A stretch of DNA of 64,000 nt from Parasitella parasitica NRRL 2501. Lineage: Eukaryota > Fungi > Mucoromycota. The position numbers and the translations under genes are program-made. The notes beneath the pieces are model-generated. The model was not told where the DNA came from. It did no database searches and saw only the letters and a list, made by a program, of their open reading frames with translations. Positions 1 through 12,401 of this stretch are shown here, piece after piece; positions within the stretch are counted from its first letter, which is position 1; every line of letters starts with the position of its first letter. The stretch covers positions 5,184 to 69,183 of the forward strand of contig MU619238.1 of assembly GCA_025201805.1 (NCBI GenBank). The letters run 5' to 3'.

Positions 1-34
1 GAATGCACACGTTAAAAATCAATTCTACCATCAG

Positions 35-2617
35 GGCCATTGTGTCTTAGAGATGCCTTCCGGCACCGGAAAAACAGTTTCTTTGCTGTCTTTAATTGTT
101 GCTTATCAAATGGTAAGCTTTGAAATCGTCGCTGTGTATACAGCACCAACATCGTTTCATTTGCGTAGCAATATCCTGACCAACACAGAAAATTCATTTA
201 CTGCTCACGAACAGTTCCTGAAATCGACAAAGCATTAGCAGAATTGAAGAACTTGATGGCATATAGACAGTCCAAAGGTTTAGTAGAGGATTTCTTCGGC
301 ATTGGGCTTACATCTCGTAAAAATTTGTGCTTGAATCCCAAAGTATCAAAAGAAAGGAAGGGCAAAGTGGTAGATTCCAAGTGCAGAAATCTTACCGCAA
401 GTTGGATTCGTGCAAAAGCTGGTGTATATAAAGCGGGAAACCAACAAAAAGAGCAAGAAGACGATGACTCAATGGATGTAGATCATCAACGCCATGATGT
501 TGAATTATGCAATTTTTATGAAGTGAGTTGGATTGGGGAGGGAGAGGGTTAGGGACCAAAAAAAAATGTCACTGACGATTGAATCTAGACACTTGAGGCT
601 GCGAATTCACCAAAACCCATTCCAAATGGTGTTTACACTTTTGAAGATCTCAAATCCTATGGCAAAGAAATGCAGTATTGCCCGTATTACCTAGTACGAC
701 GAGCTGTAAGTCATTGTTGATGAATTGTCGTTTTGCATAAATTAAAGAAAATCGTTAGATTCCTTTTGCAAACGTTGTGATTTATTCATATCACTACATG
801 TTGGATCCTAAAGTAGCAGAGCTTGTGTCAAGAGAACTGTCCAGAGACTGCATTGTAGTCTTTGATGAGGCACATAACATTGATAACGTCTGCATTGAGT
901 CGCTAAGTATTGACTTGACCAGACCCATGCTGGATGCCAGCGCTAGGAGTGTTGGTATTTTAGCAGACAAGATTGAAGAGTAAAGTATATGGGATCGAAT
1001 GGTGACAGATAGGTTAACGTAATATCTAGAATCAAAAAGACTGATGCCCAGCGGTTAAAGAACGAATACACAAAACTAGTAGAAGGTTTACGAGATGCAA
1101 ATACAGCAAGAGACGAGGATACTTTTATGGCAAATCCTATTTTACCAGACGATTTATTAAAGGAGGCTGTTCCTGGTAATATCAGAAGGGCAGAGCATTT
1201 TGTGGCTTTCTTGAGAAGATTTATCGAGTACTTGAAGGTATGTCAGCCTAGCTAACTTATTTATCTATTAATAAACTGGAAATCTACAGACTCGTCTTCG
1301 AGTAATGCACGTTGTAGCCGAAACGCCTGCCTCTTTTCTGCAGCATTTGAAAGATGTAACTTATATTGAGAGGAAACCACTTAGATTTTGCGCAGAGCGA
1401 TTGTCGAGTTTAGTGCGTACATTGGAATTAACGAATTTGGAGCATTTCAGTAGTTTACAAATGGTTGCTTCGTTTGCCACACTGACATCCACGTACGACA
1501 AAGGCTTTTTGCTCATTCTCGAGCCTTTTGAAACCGAAACTGCCACGGTACCTAATCCAGTCTTACATTTTACGTACGTTTTCAACTAGTTTTTTTGGGC
1601 GTTCATTAATAATATGTGTTCTAGCTGTTTGGATGCGTCAATAGCCATAAAACCAGTATTTGATAGATTCAGTACAGTGGTCATTACATCCGGTACTTTG
1701 TCACCACTCGAAATGTATCCCAAAATGCTGAATTTCCAGGCTGTTGTACAAGAAAGCTACTCTATGACATTATCTCGAAACTGCTTTTTGCCCATGGTCA
1801 TTACTCGTGGTTCTGATCAAGTTGCCATCAGTTCCAAGTTTGAAGTGCGTAATGACCCGGCCGTTGTTCGCAACTTTGGTCAAATCATGGTTGAAATGTC
1901 AAAGATTGTGCCTGATGGTATGGTATGCTTTTTCCCTAGTTACCTTTACATGGAGTCTATTGTATCCATGTGGAATGATATGGGCATTTTGAACGAAGCT
2001 TGGAAGTACAAATTGATCTTTGTTGAAACACCAGATGCAGCAGAGACTAGTTTGGCTTTGGCTAACTATCGCAAGGCGTGTGATAATGGAAGAGGAGCTA
2101 TATTGCTTTCAGTTGCTCGAGGTAAAGTCTCTGAAGGCATTGATTTTGATCACAATTATGGAAGAGCGGTGATTATGTTTGGTATTCCGTATCAGTATAC
2201 AGAATCTCGCATTCTTAAGGCTCGGTTGGAGTATTTGCGCGACAATTTACATATTCGTGAAAATGATTTCTTAACATTTGATGCGATGCGACATGCTGCT
2301 CAATGCGTGGGAAGAGTGTTGAGGGGTAAAACTGATTATGGCCTGATGGTATTTGCAGACAAGGTAATGTTGGCAATACGATTCGTGCCCTTGTTTTTCT
2401 AATACAAGAATAGAGATTCGCAAGAGCTGATAAAAGAGCTAAGTTGCCCAAATGGATCAATCAATATGTTACGGATGCTTCTACAAATTTGTCTACTGAC
2501 ATGTCCTTGGTGATTGCCAAAAAGTTTTTGAGATCAATGGCACAGCCATACGAATCAAATCAAACAGGTGTGTCATTATGGACCGTCAAAGATATTGAAA
2601 AGCACACTTTAAAGTAA
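35..2617 (+). CDS. RAD3: TFIIH DNA repair helicase XPD/Rad3; multi-exon, 5' end lies upstream of the window
   Basis: Walker A in [58 protein letters not shown] pieces are joined by short GT-AG introns. Stop TAA 2615-2617. Confidence 0.97.
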
Positions 2618-3179
2618 ATACAATCTTTGTGTTTGGGATGTCTTGGCGAGACTTCAATCCTGTAGGATTAAGCAATAAATATATTTTCATTAAAACTACT
2701 ATCGAGCTCTCTTTTTTTAATATTGCTTTTTGTCTTTATATCGATGGTTAAATATTATTGTCAATTGATTGCGGTATCAATGTCTACCACATAGCACATT
2801 TTAACGACAAGAGAACAAAGACTACTTCCCACTCCCAACTAACACTGTGCAGCATAGCAAGCCAATCAATGGTCTTGTACATTTCGCAATTTTACTTGAG
2901 CTGCTATAAAAACGATGAATCCAAGCTCTGCAAATGTCACTCACTATTCTCAGTCTTTGTGGTAAAATGAACCCCTTTTGATGTACTCTTTTGAAAAATT
3001 CGAGCAATTTTACACGATACATGTCCATATAGCCATGAATTTCTATAAATCAATCCGTCAGCGATAATTCGGAGTACTAATCATCTCTTTCCAAGATGAT
3101 GTTTACACCTGCAAGATTTCTATTCCACAAACAGAAAGCCTTCTCTTCCTCTTTATCCAAATATAAAACTTACTCAGCC

Positions 3180-4359
3180 ATGTCTGGTAAAGCCAATATC
3201 TTATATAACTTGCATTTATCTGATTTAAAGCGGTATAGATTATGCTAAAGAAAGAAAAGTGGCTATCCAAGCTGTCTTAACAGCCAGTAAAGTGTGCCAA
3301 TCTGTCTTCCAACACCTGGTTGCCAACGAGACTTTGACCAAGGACGACAAATCTCCTGTAACAGGTAATTACAATTTTTGGAAATTCGTACAAAGCGCGC
3401 TTATTCATCAAACGACTATTTTTAGTTGCTGATTTCTCGGCCCAGGCTATTGTAAATACTTATCTCAACAAGGAGTTTGAGGATCCTATTGTAGGAGAGG
3501 AAGACTCCAAGGATTTGCAAGGTGATGCTGGCAAAGCGTTGAGAGAAAAGGTCTTTTCTTTAACCAATGGGGTTTTGGATGATAAAGAGAAGCTCTCTGA
3601 ACAGCAAGTAAGATTTTGTATGCATGCTATGGTCGGTACACTCATCACTAAAACGATGAAAATCTGTAGATTTTAGATGCTATTGATCGTGGTAACTATA
3701 TTGGAGGCCATAAAGGACGCCATTGGGCTTTAGACCCTATTGATGGTACCAAGGGATTTTTGCGTGGAGGTCAATACGCTGTTTGTTTAGCGCTCATTGA
3801 AGACGGTATAGTCCAAGTGGGCGTTGTTGGTTGTCCCAACTTGCCTGTCAATCACAAGGAACCCGAAGGCGAGCGTGGATCTCTTTTCATTGCTGTTCGT
3901 GGACAAGGGGCTTTCCAGCGCACTTTTACTGATGAAACTGAAAAACCCATCCACTTCTCTAATATCAAAAACACCGAAGAAGCTACTGTCTGTGAATCTG
4001 TAGAATCAGCTCACTCATCTCATAGCGATGCATCTGAGATTACTAAAATATTAGGCATTACTAGTGACCCTGTGCGCATGGATAGCCAAGCTAAATACTG
4101 CTCTATCGCCAGAGGAGATGCTGATATTTACTTACGTCTCCCTACTAGCAAAGCATACGTTGAAAAGATTTGGGACCACGCCTCAGGCAATGTCCTTGTT
4201 ACAGAGGCAGGTGGTACTGTAACTGATATTCATGGCAACCCTCTTGACTTCTCCATTGGCCGTACTTTGGAGAAGAACAAGGGCGTTGTTGCCTCCAAGA
4301 CTAATATCCATGCCCGAGTTTTAGAAGCTGTCCAAAAGGTTTTGGATGTTAAACCTTAA
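3180..4359 (+). CDS. MET22: 3'(2'),5'-bisphosphate nucleotidase (HAL2/MET22, inositol monophosphatase family)
   Basis: Spliced translation gives KDDKSPVT-VADF, IVGEEDS, WALDPIDGTKGFLRGGQYAVCLAL, DSQAKY, EKIWDHA. ATG at 3180 is followed by an intron after codon 2. Confidence 0.95.
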
Positions 4360-4632
4360 AGCATTCCCTTTGGATTACATGAGTATTCATACATCCCATA
4401 CGCCTATATATACAAAATAAAAATAAACTTTTATTTCTTCCGTATGGTTCAGCTTGTGTAGCACATTCAATGAAGTCTGAGAGAAAGCTTTCTCGGGAAA
4501 TTGTGCCTAAAGGAGAATTTCAAAGGAAAATTAGCCTTCAGATGCCACATACAGTCGCAGAGTATAAAAGTTCCCCGCATTTTTATTTTCTTTTCTCTTT
4601 CTTTCCAACTGTCAAAAAAATAAAACAAAACA

Positions 4633-5862
4633 ATGTCTATTGCCCCTGCAAGCGAATATACTATCCCTACCAAAGATACCGTCAATCAAGGTGTCTTACT
4701 CAAGGAAAAGAACGATCTTCAATTGGTTGAAATCCCTGTCCCTGAGCCCCCTGCTGGACATGTCCAAGTTCAGGTAAAATGTACTGGTATCTGTGGCTCT
4801 GATGTCCATTTGTGGAAGCATGGTGAAATTGGTATTTTCCCTGTTTGTGCCCCTCAATTGCTCGGCCACGAAAGTGCTGGTATTGTTACTGCCTTGGGTG
4901 AGGGTGTCACTACACTTCAAGTGGGTGATAGAGTTGCTGTCGAAGCGTAAGTATAAAATTAAGGAGCGCAATCACCATTGTACGTAGTCTCATCATGCAT
5001 ATTATTATTATTATAGTGGTATTCCTTGTTCGGCTTGCGATCAATGTATGATGGGCAGATACCATCTTTGTCCCGATGTCATTTTCAAATCCACTCCTCC
5101 TTATGACGGTCAACTTGCCAGATACATTACTCACCCTGCTCGTTGGTTGCACAAGATTCCTGCCAATATTTCGTATGGTGAGGGCGCTTTATTAGAACCT
5201 TTGTCAGTTGCTATTGCTGCTGTCGACCGTGTTAGAGCTCAATTCGGAAGATCCATGTTGATCGCTGGTAGTGGGCCCATTGGCTTGTTGATCCTGGCCG
5301 TCGCTAAGGCTACTGGTGTTCATCCCATTGCTATTACTGATGTGAATCAAAGTCGTTTGGATTACGCAAAGAAAATTGGTGCTACTATGACTTATAAAAT
5401 TAATCCTGAAAACTCAGAATTGCAAACTGCCAAGGAATTGCGTGCTTTGTTCGGCGGTGAAGGTGCTGAATGTTCTTTAGAATGCACAGGCATTGAGAGT
5501 TCTTTTAGAACTGCTATTATGGCCACTCGTGACGCAGGTACTTGTTTGCTTGTTGGTGTCGGAAAGAATGATCAAACTCTTCCTGTGAATAACTTTGCTA
5601 TGCGTGAGGTTGACATAAGAGGCTTATTCAGGTATTATAAATACACTCCAATATGATTCATACAAAGTAGGCTCTAATTTACTTACGTTTCAATATTAGA
5701 TACCATCACACATATCCCCGTGCTATTGCATTGTTATCTAGCGGTATTTTAGATATCAAGCATCTGATTACTCATACTTATGATTTCGCAGATGCTCTCG
5801 AGGCTTTCGAAAAGACTCATGATCGTAACTCTGGTGCTTTGAAGGTTCAGATCATCAACTAA
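4633..5862 (+). CDS. Zn-dependent polyol dehydrogenase (sorbitol/xylitol/L-arabinitol 4-dehydrogenase, MDR family)
   Basis: TGICGSDVH, LGHESAG, GDRVAVEAG, Cys cluster for structural Zn, LLEPLSVA, GSGPIG, FRY-HHTYPRAI. Two introns. Stop 5860-5862. Confidence 0.93.
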
Positions 5863-7302
5863 AACGATTTACAATAACTGTAACTGTACATTACTTCATC
5901 ACTCTCATAAAATATGTCACGAATAAACAATACACATTATCATACATTTTATGGAAGCTAAATCAATCTTGAATATGGACTAACTCAATTTATTTTATTT
6001 GGCTATGGAAGCGTATGTCAGATTTTTGTAAGTATAGCCATAAAAGTACAAATTTTGACACTTTTCATGATTCATTTGAGCCCTTGTTAGCACTCGTAAA
6101 CTCTGTCTAAAATTAGGTTAAGTCTCAAAGACGGCTTTCAAGCGCATAACACTATGAATAAATGATCTAAAGCCATCACAAAAAATCACAGTCTAACCGA
6201 AATATGTTTATCCAAATAAGGGGCAACACTTTGTTAAATAATGCATCAATTGTCAACTCCAAAATATTGAATTTTGCCAAAACTCAAGCAGTAGATGTCT
6301 TGCTTTTTATTTTTTAGCCGAATTATCTATCCTTATCCTTCCTCTCCAGAACATAGTGAATCTGAATAGAGTATCATATCATGATAAAAGAGTTTACCTT
6401 TACTGGATGGGTCCTACATTCTACGGCTCTATACGGCATTTTCGTTATAATGGGGGAACAAAAACAGGGCTTGTATATCTTCGCCCTGCATGATTCTTTG
6501 GGGCTGCATTCAAATGCTGATGTTGTGTATTTATTCTATATTATCAATGAAGGCGTCCAAAATCATACACATTCTCTGTTTCTCTCAATTTTACAATTGT
6601 CGGCAATGATAACCGATTAGCCCTACACCGCCCAAACATGAATAACAATACGAAGGCTTTGCATGCAGACTGTGAGATGTTATCATTTAATTTTACAACA
6701 GCAGAAGTTGTTGCTAAGCCAATTAGGGAAGACAATCACTTTTGGATGAATTAAACTTTAGCAGTAGTAGATCTGATTGTATTCAAGACATTAACGTTGA
6801 TTGTCCCTTTATGATAGCAGACATCCAGAATATATGGTCTTATGATGAAACATTTAAAATTCACATAGTGTTTTTTATAATAAACACTTTCAATTTTTAT
6901 TCATTTGAAGCTGTGCCTTCTCTCTTTTTTTTTTTTTTCGCCTTAGAGGTTCAAAAAAGAACAATGTATGCTTTTTTCAATTAAGGCAAGCCAAGCAATT
7001 TATAAATTGTATGTGGTACATGATTAATTAATCAATTTTGAATTCTTTGGTCAGAAACCGAACCGTGTTTTCTTTTCTTCAACAAAAAAAAAGGCTTAAT
7101 CATGTATAAGGCTGTATTTTGATGTTTTACATAATTCATAAGCTAGGAGAGGCTGCTATTCCAAAAAAAGAGAAAGCAGAAATCGAAATAACCCAAAATT
7201 TTTAATTGGCTGAACTTTTCGGTTCTAATAAAAAAAAAGCTATTTAATAGAAACATCTGTTCGATTTTAATATTTACGTTCTTCTTTATTTCTTTTGAAA
7301 AT

Positions 7303-8331
7303 ATGACACAAAGCATTAATGATAGTGGCAATCATAAAGCCTATTACGTTGGTAGCGAAATAATAGACGATTTCTTAGAACTAGATTCACATCAACAGCA
7401 AATGCAATCAACACAGCATTTGGATGATGATGACCAGGTCATTTATAGAACAAATTCGTTGTCAAAGAATATCCCTACTTGGCGACAACTGCTGCCTCGT
7501 TTAGTTTTATTTGTAGTTATTGGTCTACTGTCACTAGTGTTTTCAATTTCACTGGCACATGTGGTATTAGACATTGGATTGCCTCGAACATTGGAAGATG
7601 TTCAACAGACTGCAATTCAATTGGACCAACTCATCAATAGCAGTTGGAACGGATACGGTTCTGTTACTTTCGTTTTTGCAGTGCTGTATCTATGGCAACA
7701 GGCTTTCAGCATTCCAGGCTCGGTTTTGTTGAATTTGTTGGCTGGCTATCTTTACGGTATCACTATGGGAACGGTTTGGACAAGTTTATTAACAGCTGGT
7801 GGTGCTACTCTGGCCTATGGTTTAGCCATTCTTGTCGGTGAACCATTGATCCGAGTTCCTTGGTTTGTCCGTAAAGCCGAACCTCTTAATCGTCAACTTG
7901 AGCAAGAACGACAAACAGGTGGATTGTTTTGGTGGTTATTGTTTGCTAGATTATTCCCATTTTCACCATACTGGTTCATTAATTTGGTTTCTCCTTTGCT
8001 CGACATCCCTGTGTCTCCATTCTTCTGGTCTACCTTCTTTGGTTCAATGCCATACAACTTTATTTGTGCTCAAGCTGGTGATGTTTTGGGTGACTTAACA
8101 TCGACCTCTGATATCGTTTCCGTCTCCTTGGTTTTAAAATTGTTGATTGTGTCATTTATCTCTCTCGTGCCAGTCATTTGGGGTAAGGCCATCCAACAAT
8201 GGACTCGACAAATTATGGGCCTTCCTCCTTTATTAGATGTGGATTTAGAAAAGTCTTTGAATGACGATGATGTTGAATTGACACTCAGTGGCTACTCAAG
8301 ATTGCCAAATAGCACCAGTAATGCAGCTTAA
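7303..8331 (+). CDS. DedA/VTT-domain membrane protein (TMEM41/Tvp38, SNARE-associated Golgi protein family)
   Basis: YLWQQAFSIPGSVLLNLLAGYLYG, LFARLFPFSPYWFINL, FFWSTFFGSMPYNFI. Single exon, 342 aa. Confidence 0.9.
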   Translation: MTQSINDSGNHKAYYVGSEIIDDFLELDSHQQQMQSTQHLDDDDQVIYRTNSLSKNIPTWRQLLPRLVLFVVIGLLSLVFSISLAHVVLDIGLPRTLEDVQQTAIQLDQLINSSWNGYGSVTFVFAVLYLWQQAFSIPGSVLLNLLAGYLYGITMGTVWTSLLTAGGATLAYGLAILVGEPLIRVPWFVRKAEPLNRQLEQERQTGGLFWWLLFARLFPFSPYWFINLVSPLLDIPVSPFFWSTFFGSMPYNFICAQAGDVLGDLTSTSDIVSVSLVLKLLIVSFISLVPVIWGKAIQQWTRQIMGLPPLLDVDLEKSLNDDDVELTLSGYSRLPNSTSNAA

Positions 8332-8793
8332 AAGAAGCATCTACAACCCTGTATATTTCTCTACAAATGTTAATAAGATTCCCTCTCCTCCTCCTCTCCC
8401 TTTGTCGTACTACTCTGCTTGCCGTATATTTTACAACATCTACTTTAATATAGCGACTCCTTGTTACCTGTAAATTTTTTCTTCTTGTTGTTCTACAAGT
8501 CATACATAAAACCCTATAATAAGGTCTCATCATCTGATATCTTTCCAGACTCTTTTCAGGGTCACATGGTTTATGTCACACCAATGTATTTGGTTATAAT
8601 TATTGAAAAAGATGTTAATAAAGCCATGTAATGAGCATGGCTATTTTATGTAATTAGAATAACGACATTCATCAATTGCCATGTAGTAGCCAACAACAGA
8701 CGGGATTATGGGGGAATACAGTTGCGATTATTCTGAGGTAGTGCTGGAGCTGCATCGTTAATTTGTTTTTCCACACATCCAAAATGTATCTGA

Positions 8794-8821
8794 GCCTCTC
8801 GCCTCTCGCCTTTCGCCTCTC
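8794..8821. repeat. Short tandem repeat (GCCTCTC)x4
   Basis: gcctctc gcctctc gcctttc gcctctc read directly. Confidence 0.85.
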
Positions 8822-9170
8822 ACCCGATCAGTGAGCATTATTTACGTTTGGCATAGTTGATACATATTTGAATCAGCAGATATCTGTGCCATTGTTTATA
8901 ATACGACCCCAAAACGATTTTCTATAACTATTTAACATTTATCTATTAACTTGACACATGTTTATACATATTATCCCAGAACCATAAAATAAAACACTGA
9001 TGCATCTTTTAATAATGCTCCTTGGATAGAGACATTATTCGCGATATATTACATTTGCAATTAGTATATACAGTTGCGATTAGTCATACATAACATTAGC
9101 AATGGGCTACATGTCGCTATTCGAGAAAAACTTTCACGATTAGACATCTTTTTGCAATGAAAATTTGTAA

Positions 9171-9733
9171 GCTTAGTCTTTCTGTCCAGAAAGAAGGCGA
9201 TGCCTTGACCCCAAGCTCCCTCTCAGAACTCAGTCTTTAATGTGTTACGAACTCAAGAACCTCCCGCGTCGTGTGTACATTCTCATTTAATACTGTTGGA
9301 TATTCGAAATACTTGAATAGGAGGCTGGGCTTGATAGGTACATGTACTCCAAGACCTCTTCTAAATGATGTCAAGGTTGTTGCAATAATGAGACTGTTAT
9401 TGTAGCAACTTGTTGCAAGTACTGGCCAAATTATATGCGAGATTGGCTACACTACTGCTCCTTCATGCGTGTATGCACTTCTTGAATCATGCATTTAGCG
9501 AAATACAAGATCTTTTTAAACCAAGTGCTCAAACTTCTGATTCTCTAAGATAGAAGCTACGTCTGCGAAACTCGGAGCCTTGTGAGGCCCATTTTATTTT
9601 ATTTTTGCCAAAAGTGCTATGCAGTGGGCCTTGAATACACCCATCATCTAGGCTCCAGTCTTTTTCTGTTTGAAGCCTACAAGCACCTCTTGAGTGGCCC
9701 CTCAGCTCCTGATGGGCCTTTCTCATTACAGCA
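9171..9733 (+). ncRNA. Candidate structured non-coding RNA of unknown class (tentative)
   Basis: Several local stems with G-U pairs on the + strand: 9376-9389/9396-9409; 9584-9593/9623-9632 inside 9574-9580/9650-9656; 9177-9184/9187-9194; terminal hairpin 9691-9725 followed by ACA. No long ORF. No known family motif recognised. Confidence 0.3.
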
Positions 9734-9875
9734 GTATGTGGTCACAGATTGGACAATTTGATTACGTTGCAGCCTTTTAATGGGATGCGCGTCCTCTTTT
9801 ACTTGTCCAACAAGATACACTTCTTTTTATTTCTGTTATATTGGAAGGAAGCAATATATATATACAATATAAACA

Positions 9876-10973
9876 ATGATGACAGTACAACAATTAGATG
9901 TCCTTCGTGACCAACTCAAGCAAGAGTTGAGCTCTTCATCTAGTAATCTCCAGAAAGTGGGCCAGCTTCTGACGCAAGCCAAGGTAAAAAAAAAAAAACC
10001 AGCAAACAACAAAACATGGCTGGCACATGTGTTTTGCTAAATCATGGCATTAGGTTGGTTTGATTGAACTTGGCGCATTCGTCCCTGTTGCTGGAAAAAG
10101 TGACCCCAATGTACTTGTCACTGCACGTAAGGAATTCATGCTATGGGCGGCTGCAGAAAGAGGACTAATGTTTATATCATATAGGCGATATTTTGGAAGC
10201 AGGTGCTTATTACAGCGTTCGTATCAAGGATATCGCTTCATTTGAAAGATATATTGCTCAACTCAACACATATTATCATGATCTTGCGTAAGAATTATGA
10301 ACGGTTCTGAGCCAGCAGCCACGAAATGTTGACTGACAAATGTACATTCTAGATCTGTACTTCCTCCTTCATCTCAAATGTACTCACTCATAGGGCTGAA
10401 TTTGCTTCGATTACTATCACAAAATAGATTATCTGATTTCCATACTGCACTCGAAACAATTGATCTTGATCAATTGCAATCAAACCAATTCATTAAGCAA
10501 GCTGTTGATCTAGGTAATATAAAGAGACACGCAGAGGCTAGTGCCGGGATTAACCACGCATGCAATAGAGCAATTTTTGATGGAAGGTAGTTATAACAAG
10601 GTCTGGAGCACAAGAAGTACTGTCCAGGGAGAGGAATTCATGTTTTTCTACGATATTTTGATTAGTACCATCAGGTAAGAGATCTATGGTTTATAGATGA
10701 ACTGATGCTAACCGATGTTTCGGTAGACACGAGATTGCCAGTTGCAGTGAGAAGGCTTATGAATATCTTCCTTTGAACGATGCCAGCACTTTATTGTTCT
10801 TGAAGAATACCGAGGAATTATTGAACTTTGCAAAAGAACGTGGATGGAAAGTTAATCCGGCTGAACAAAAGGTCTACTTTGGAACAGAAGATGATAGCAT
10901 TGTCGAAATTCCTCAAGAGCAAATTATCACTCGTACATTAGGATATGCTAGAGAACTTGAGCGTATTGTATAA
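9876..10973 (+). CDS. RPN12: 26S proteasome lid subunit Rpn12
   Basis: ARDILEAGAYYSVRIKDIASFERY, LIGLNLLRLLSQNRLSDFHTALE, EQFLMEGSYNKV, RHEIASCSEKAY, C-terminal GYARELERIV. Multi-exon. Confidence 0.96.
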
Positions 10974-11671
10974 ATTGACGAATAAAGAAGAAGCAACCTT
11001 TTGAAGCACTTTTTTTTTTGTGAATCTAGGCATGTATGATTATTAACATGTCTAGTCTTTGTGCAGTTGAAACTCGCTTTGTCTATTCTTATGAGTAATT
11101 CAGTTTTGTGTTATATTTCAAGAAGGTAGAGTTGAGAGTTACGCTCGTGAGAAGTAATTTCTTTCAATAGCGTTGCAATTGATACCTGAAATCCAATCAC
11201 TTTGAGCACAATAGGAATCTGGAGTTTATATTGTTGGGAGATTCGACTACCAAAAATAATTTTATACCTTTATGTTTTTGGTTTTAATTGTTTTTTATGT
11301 GTATTTTAAGAAGGATTGAAGAGCTGAACAGGTCCCTAATGAGTTTCAATGGAGTTATACTTGTATAATTCCTTTCTACAAGTAAAACTAGGCTATCAAT
11401 GCTTTGTGTATGGCTTTTGGCATCTATGCCCAAATTTACCATATTTAATCTCTGGTAGCAGCTTATTTAGGAAGTTTGAAAGTGTATACAACATACTAGA
11501 GGCAGCGGGAAAAGGTAGACATCTGTTGTGTGTGCAACCTTTAATAATATTTTATACCTGGGCCATTCCAATATTTTTGTTGTTTTTCTTTCTTCTCTTC
11601 CTTTCTCTTTTTTCTTTTATATAGAGAATTCATCACGCACTATATAATTATATTCAAATAAATATATCGAA

Positions 11672-12329
11672 ATGATGCCCGGTGAAGCGATGCTCTTCTT
11701 GTTTGCAGTCATTATGTCTGCATTGTTGTTATTCATGATGGTCTTTTTTGTAAGAATTTTTGCAACACACCAAATCGCAAGCTTAACTTTTTTTTTCCAT
11801 CTAGGTCATTATGTTTTCTGATTTAGAATGCGATTATATCAACCCTATTGATCTTTGCAACAAATTGAATCAGGTAAAAAATTCCATCTTTACACACGGT
11901 TTTCGTGAAAGAGGCTAACATGTTGCAAAGTTTGTTTTACCTGAAATGGGAGCGCACGCATTCTTGTTCTTCATGTTCCTCGTAAATGGGAGCTGGATAT
12001 CTATGATTTTAAATTTGCCTTTGGTTGCTTATAATGTTAAAAAGTAAGTAACGATTCTGTTGTTTTAGAGGAGGAGGGAGGGATCAAATGCTGACATGAC
12101 ATACTGCTGCTAGGGTCATTAATAAGCGTGATATGTATGATGCCACCGAGATTTTCCGTACTCTTTCTCAGCACAAAAAGGAATGCTTCATCAAGCTTGG
12201 TTTTTATTTAATTGTAAGTTCACATATATGTACGTTCATTTCTAGTTGTATTTATGATTTTCTTTTGCGTAGTGCTTCTTTTATTTCTTATACCGTATGA
12301 TTGTTGCATTAATTGCTGCCGATTCATAA
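11672..12329 (+). CDS. ERV14: Cornichon family ER cargo receptor (Erv14)
   Basis: Absent from the ORF track because of short exons. Spliced translation contains IMFSDLECDYINPIDLCNKLNQFVLPE, LNLPLVAYN, MYDATEIFRTL, FIKLGFYL, FFYFLYRMIVALI. Stop 12327-12329. Confidence 0.93.
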
Positions 12330-12401
12330 GATTAATGTCTTTTTAATAAAAGTTATGTACAAAGTAAAGTGGAAATACACATGTATTTTTCTATGTACTA
12401 T

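Noticed and set aside
6381-6984. Short ORFs between the polyol dehydrogenase and TMEM41-like genes
   Set aside because: No motifs or consistent splice pattern; at most unidentifiable decayed fragments.
9722-9735. Minus-strand GCTGTAATG resembling the fungal SRP RNA 5' motif
   Set aside because: No closing GGC, no helix-8 GNRA/SRP54 motif, and G-U pairs favour the opposite strand.
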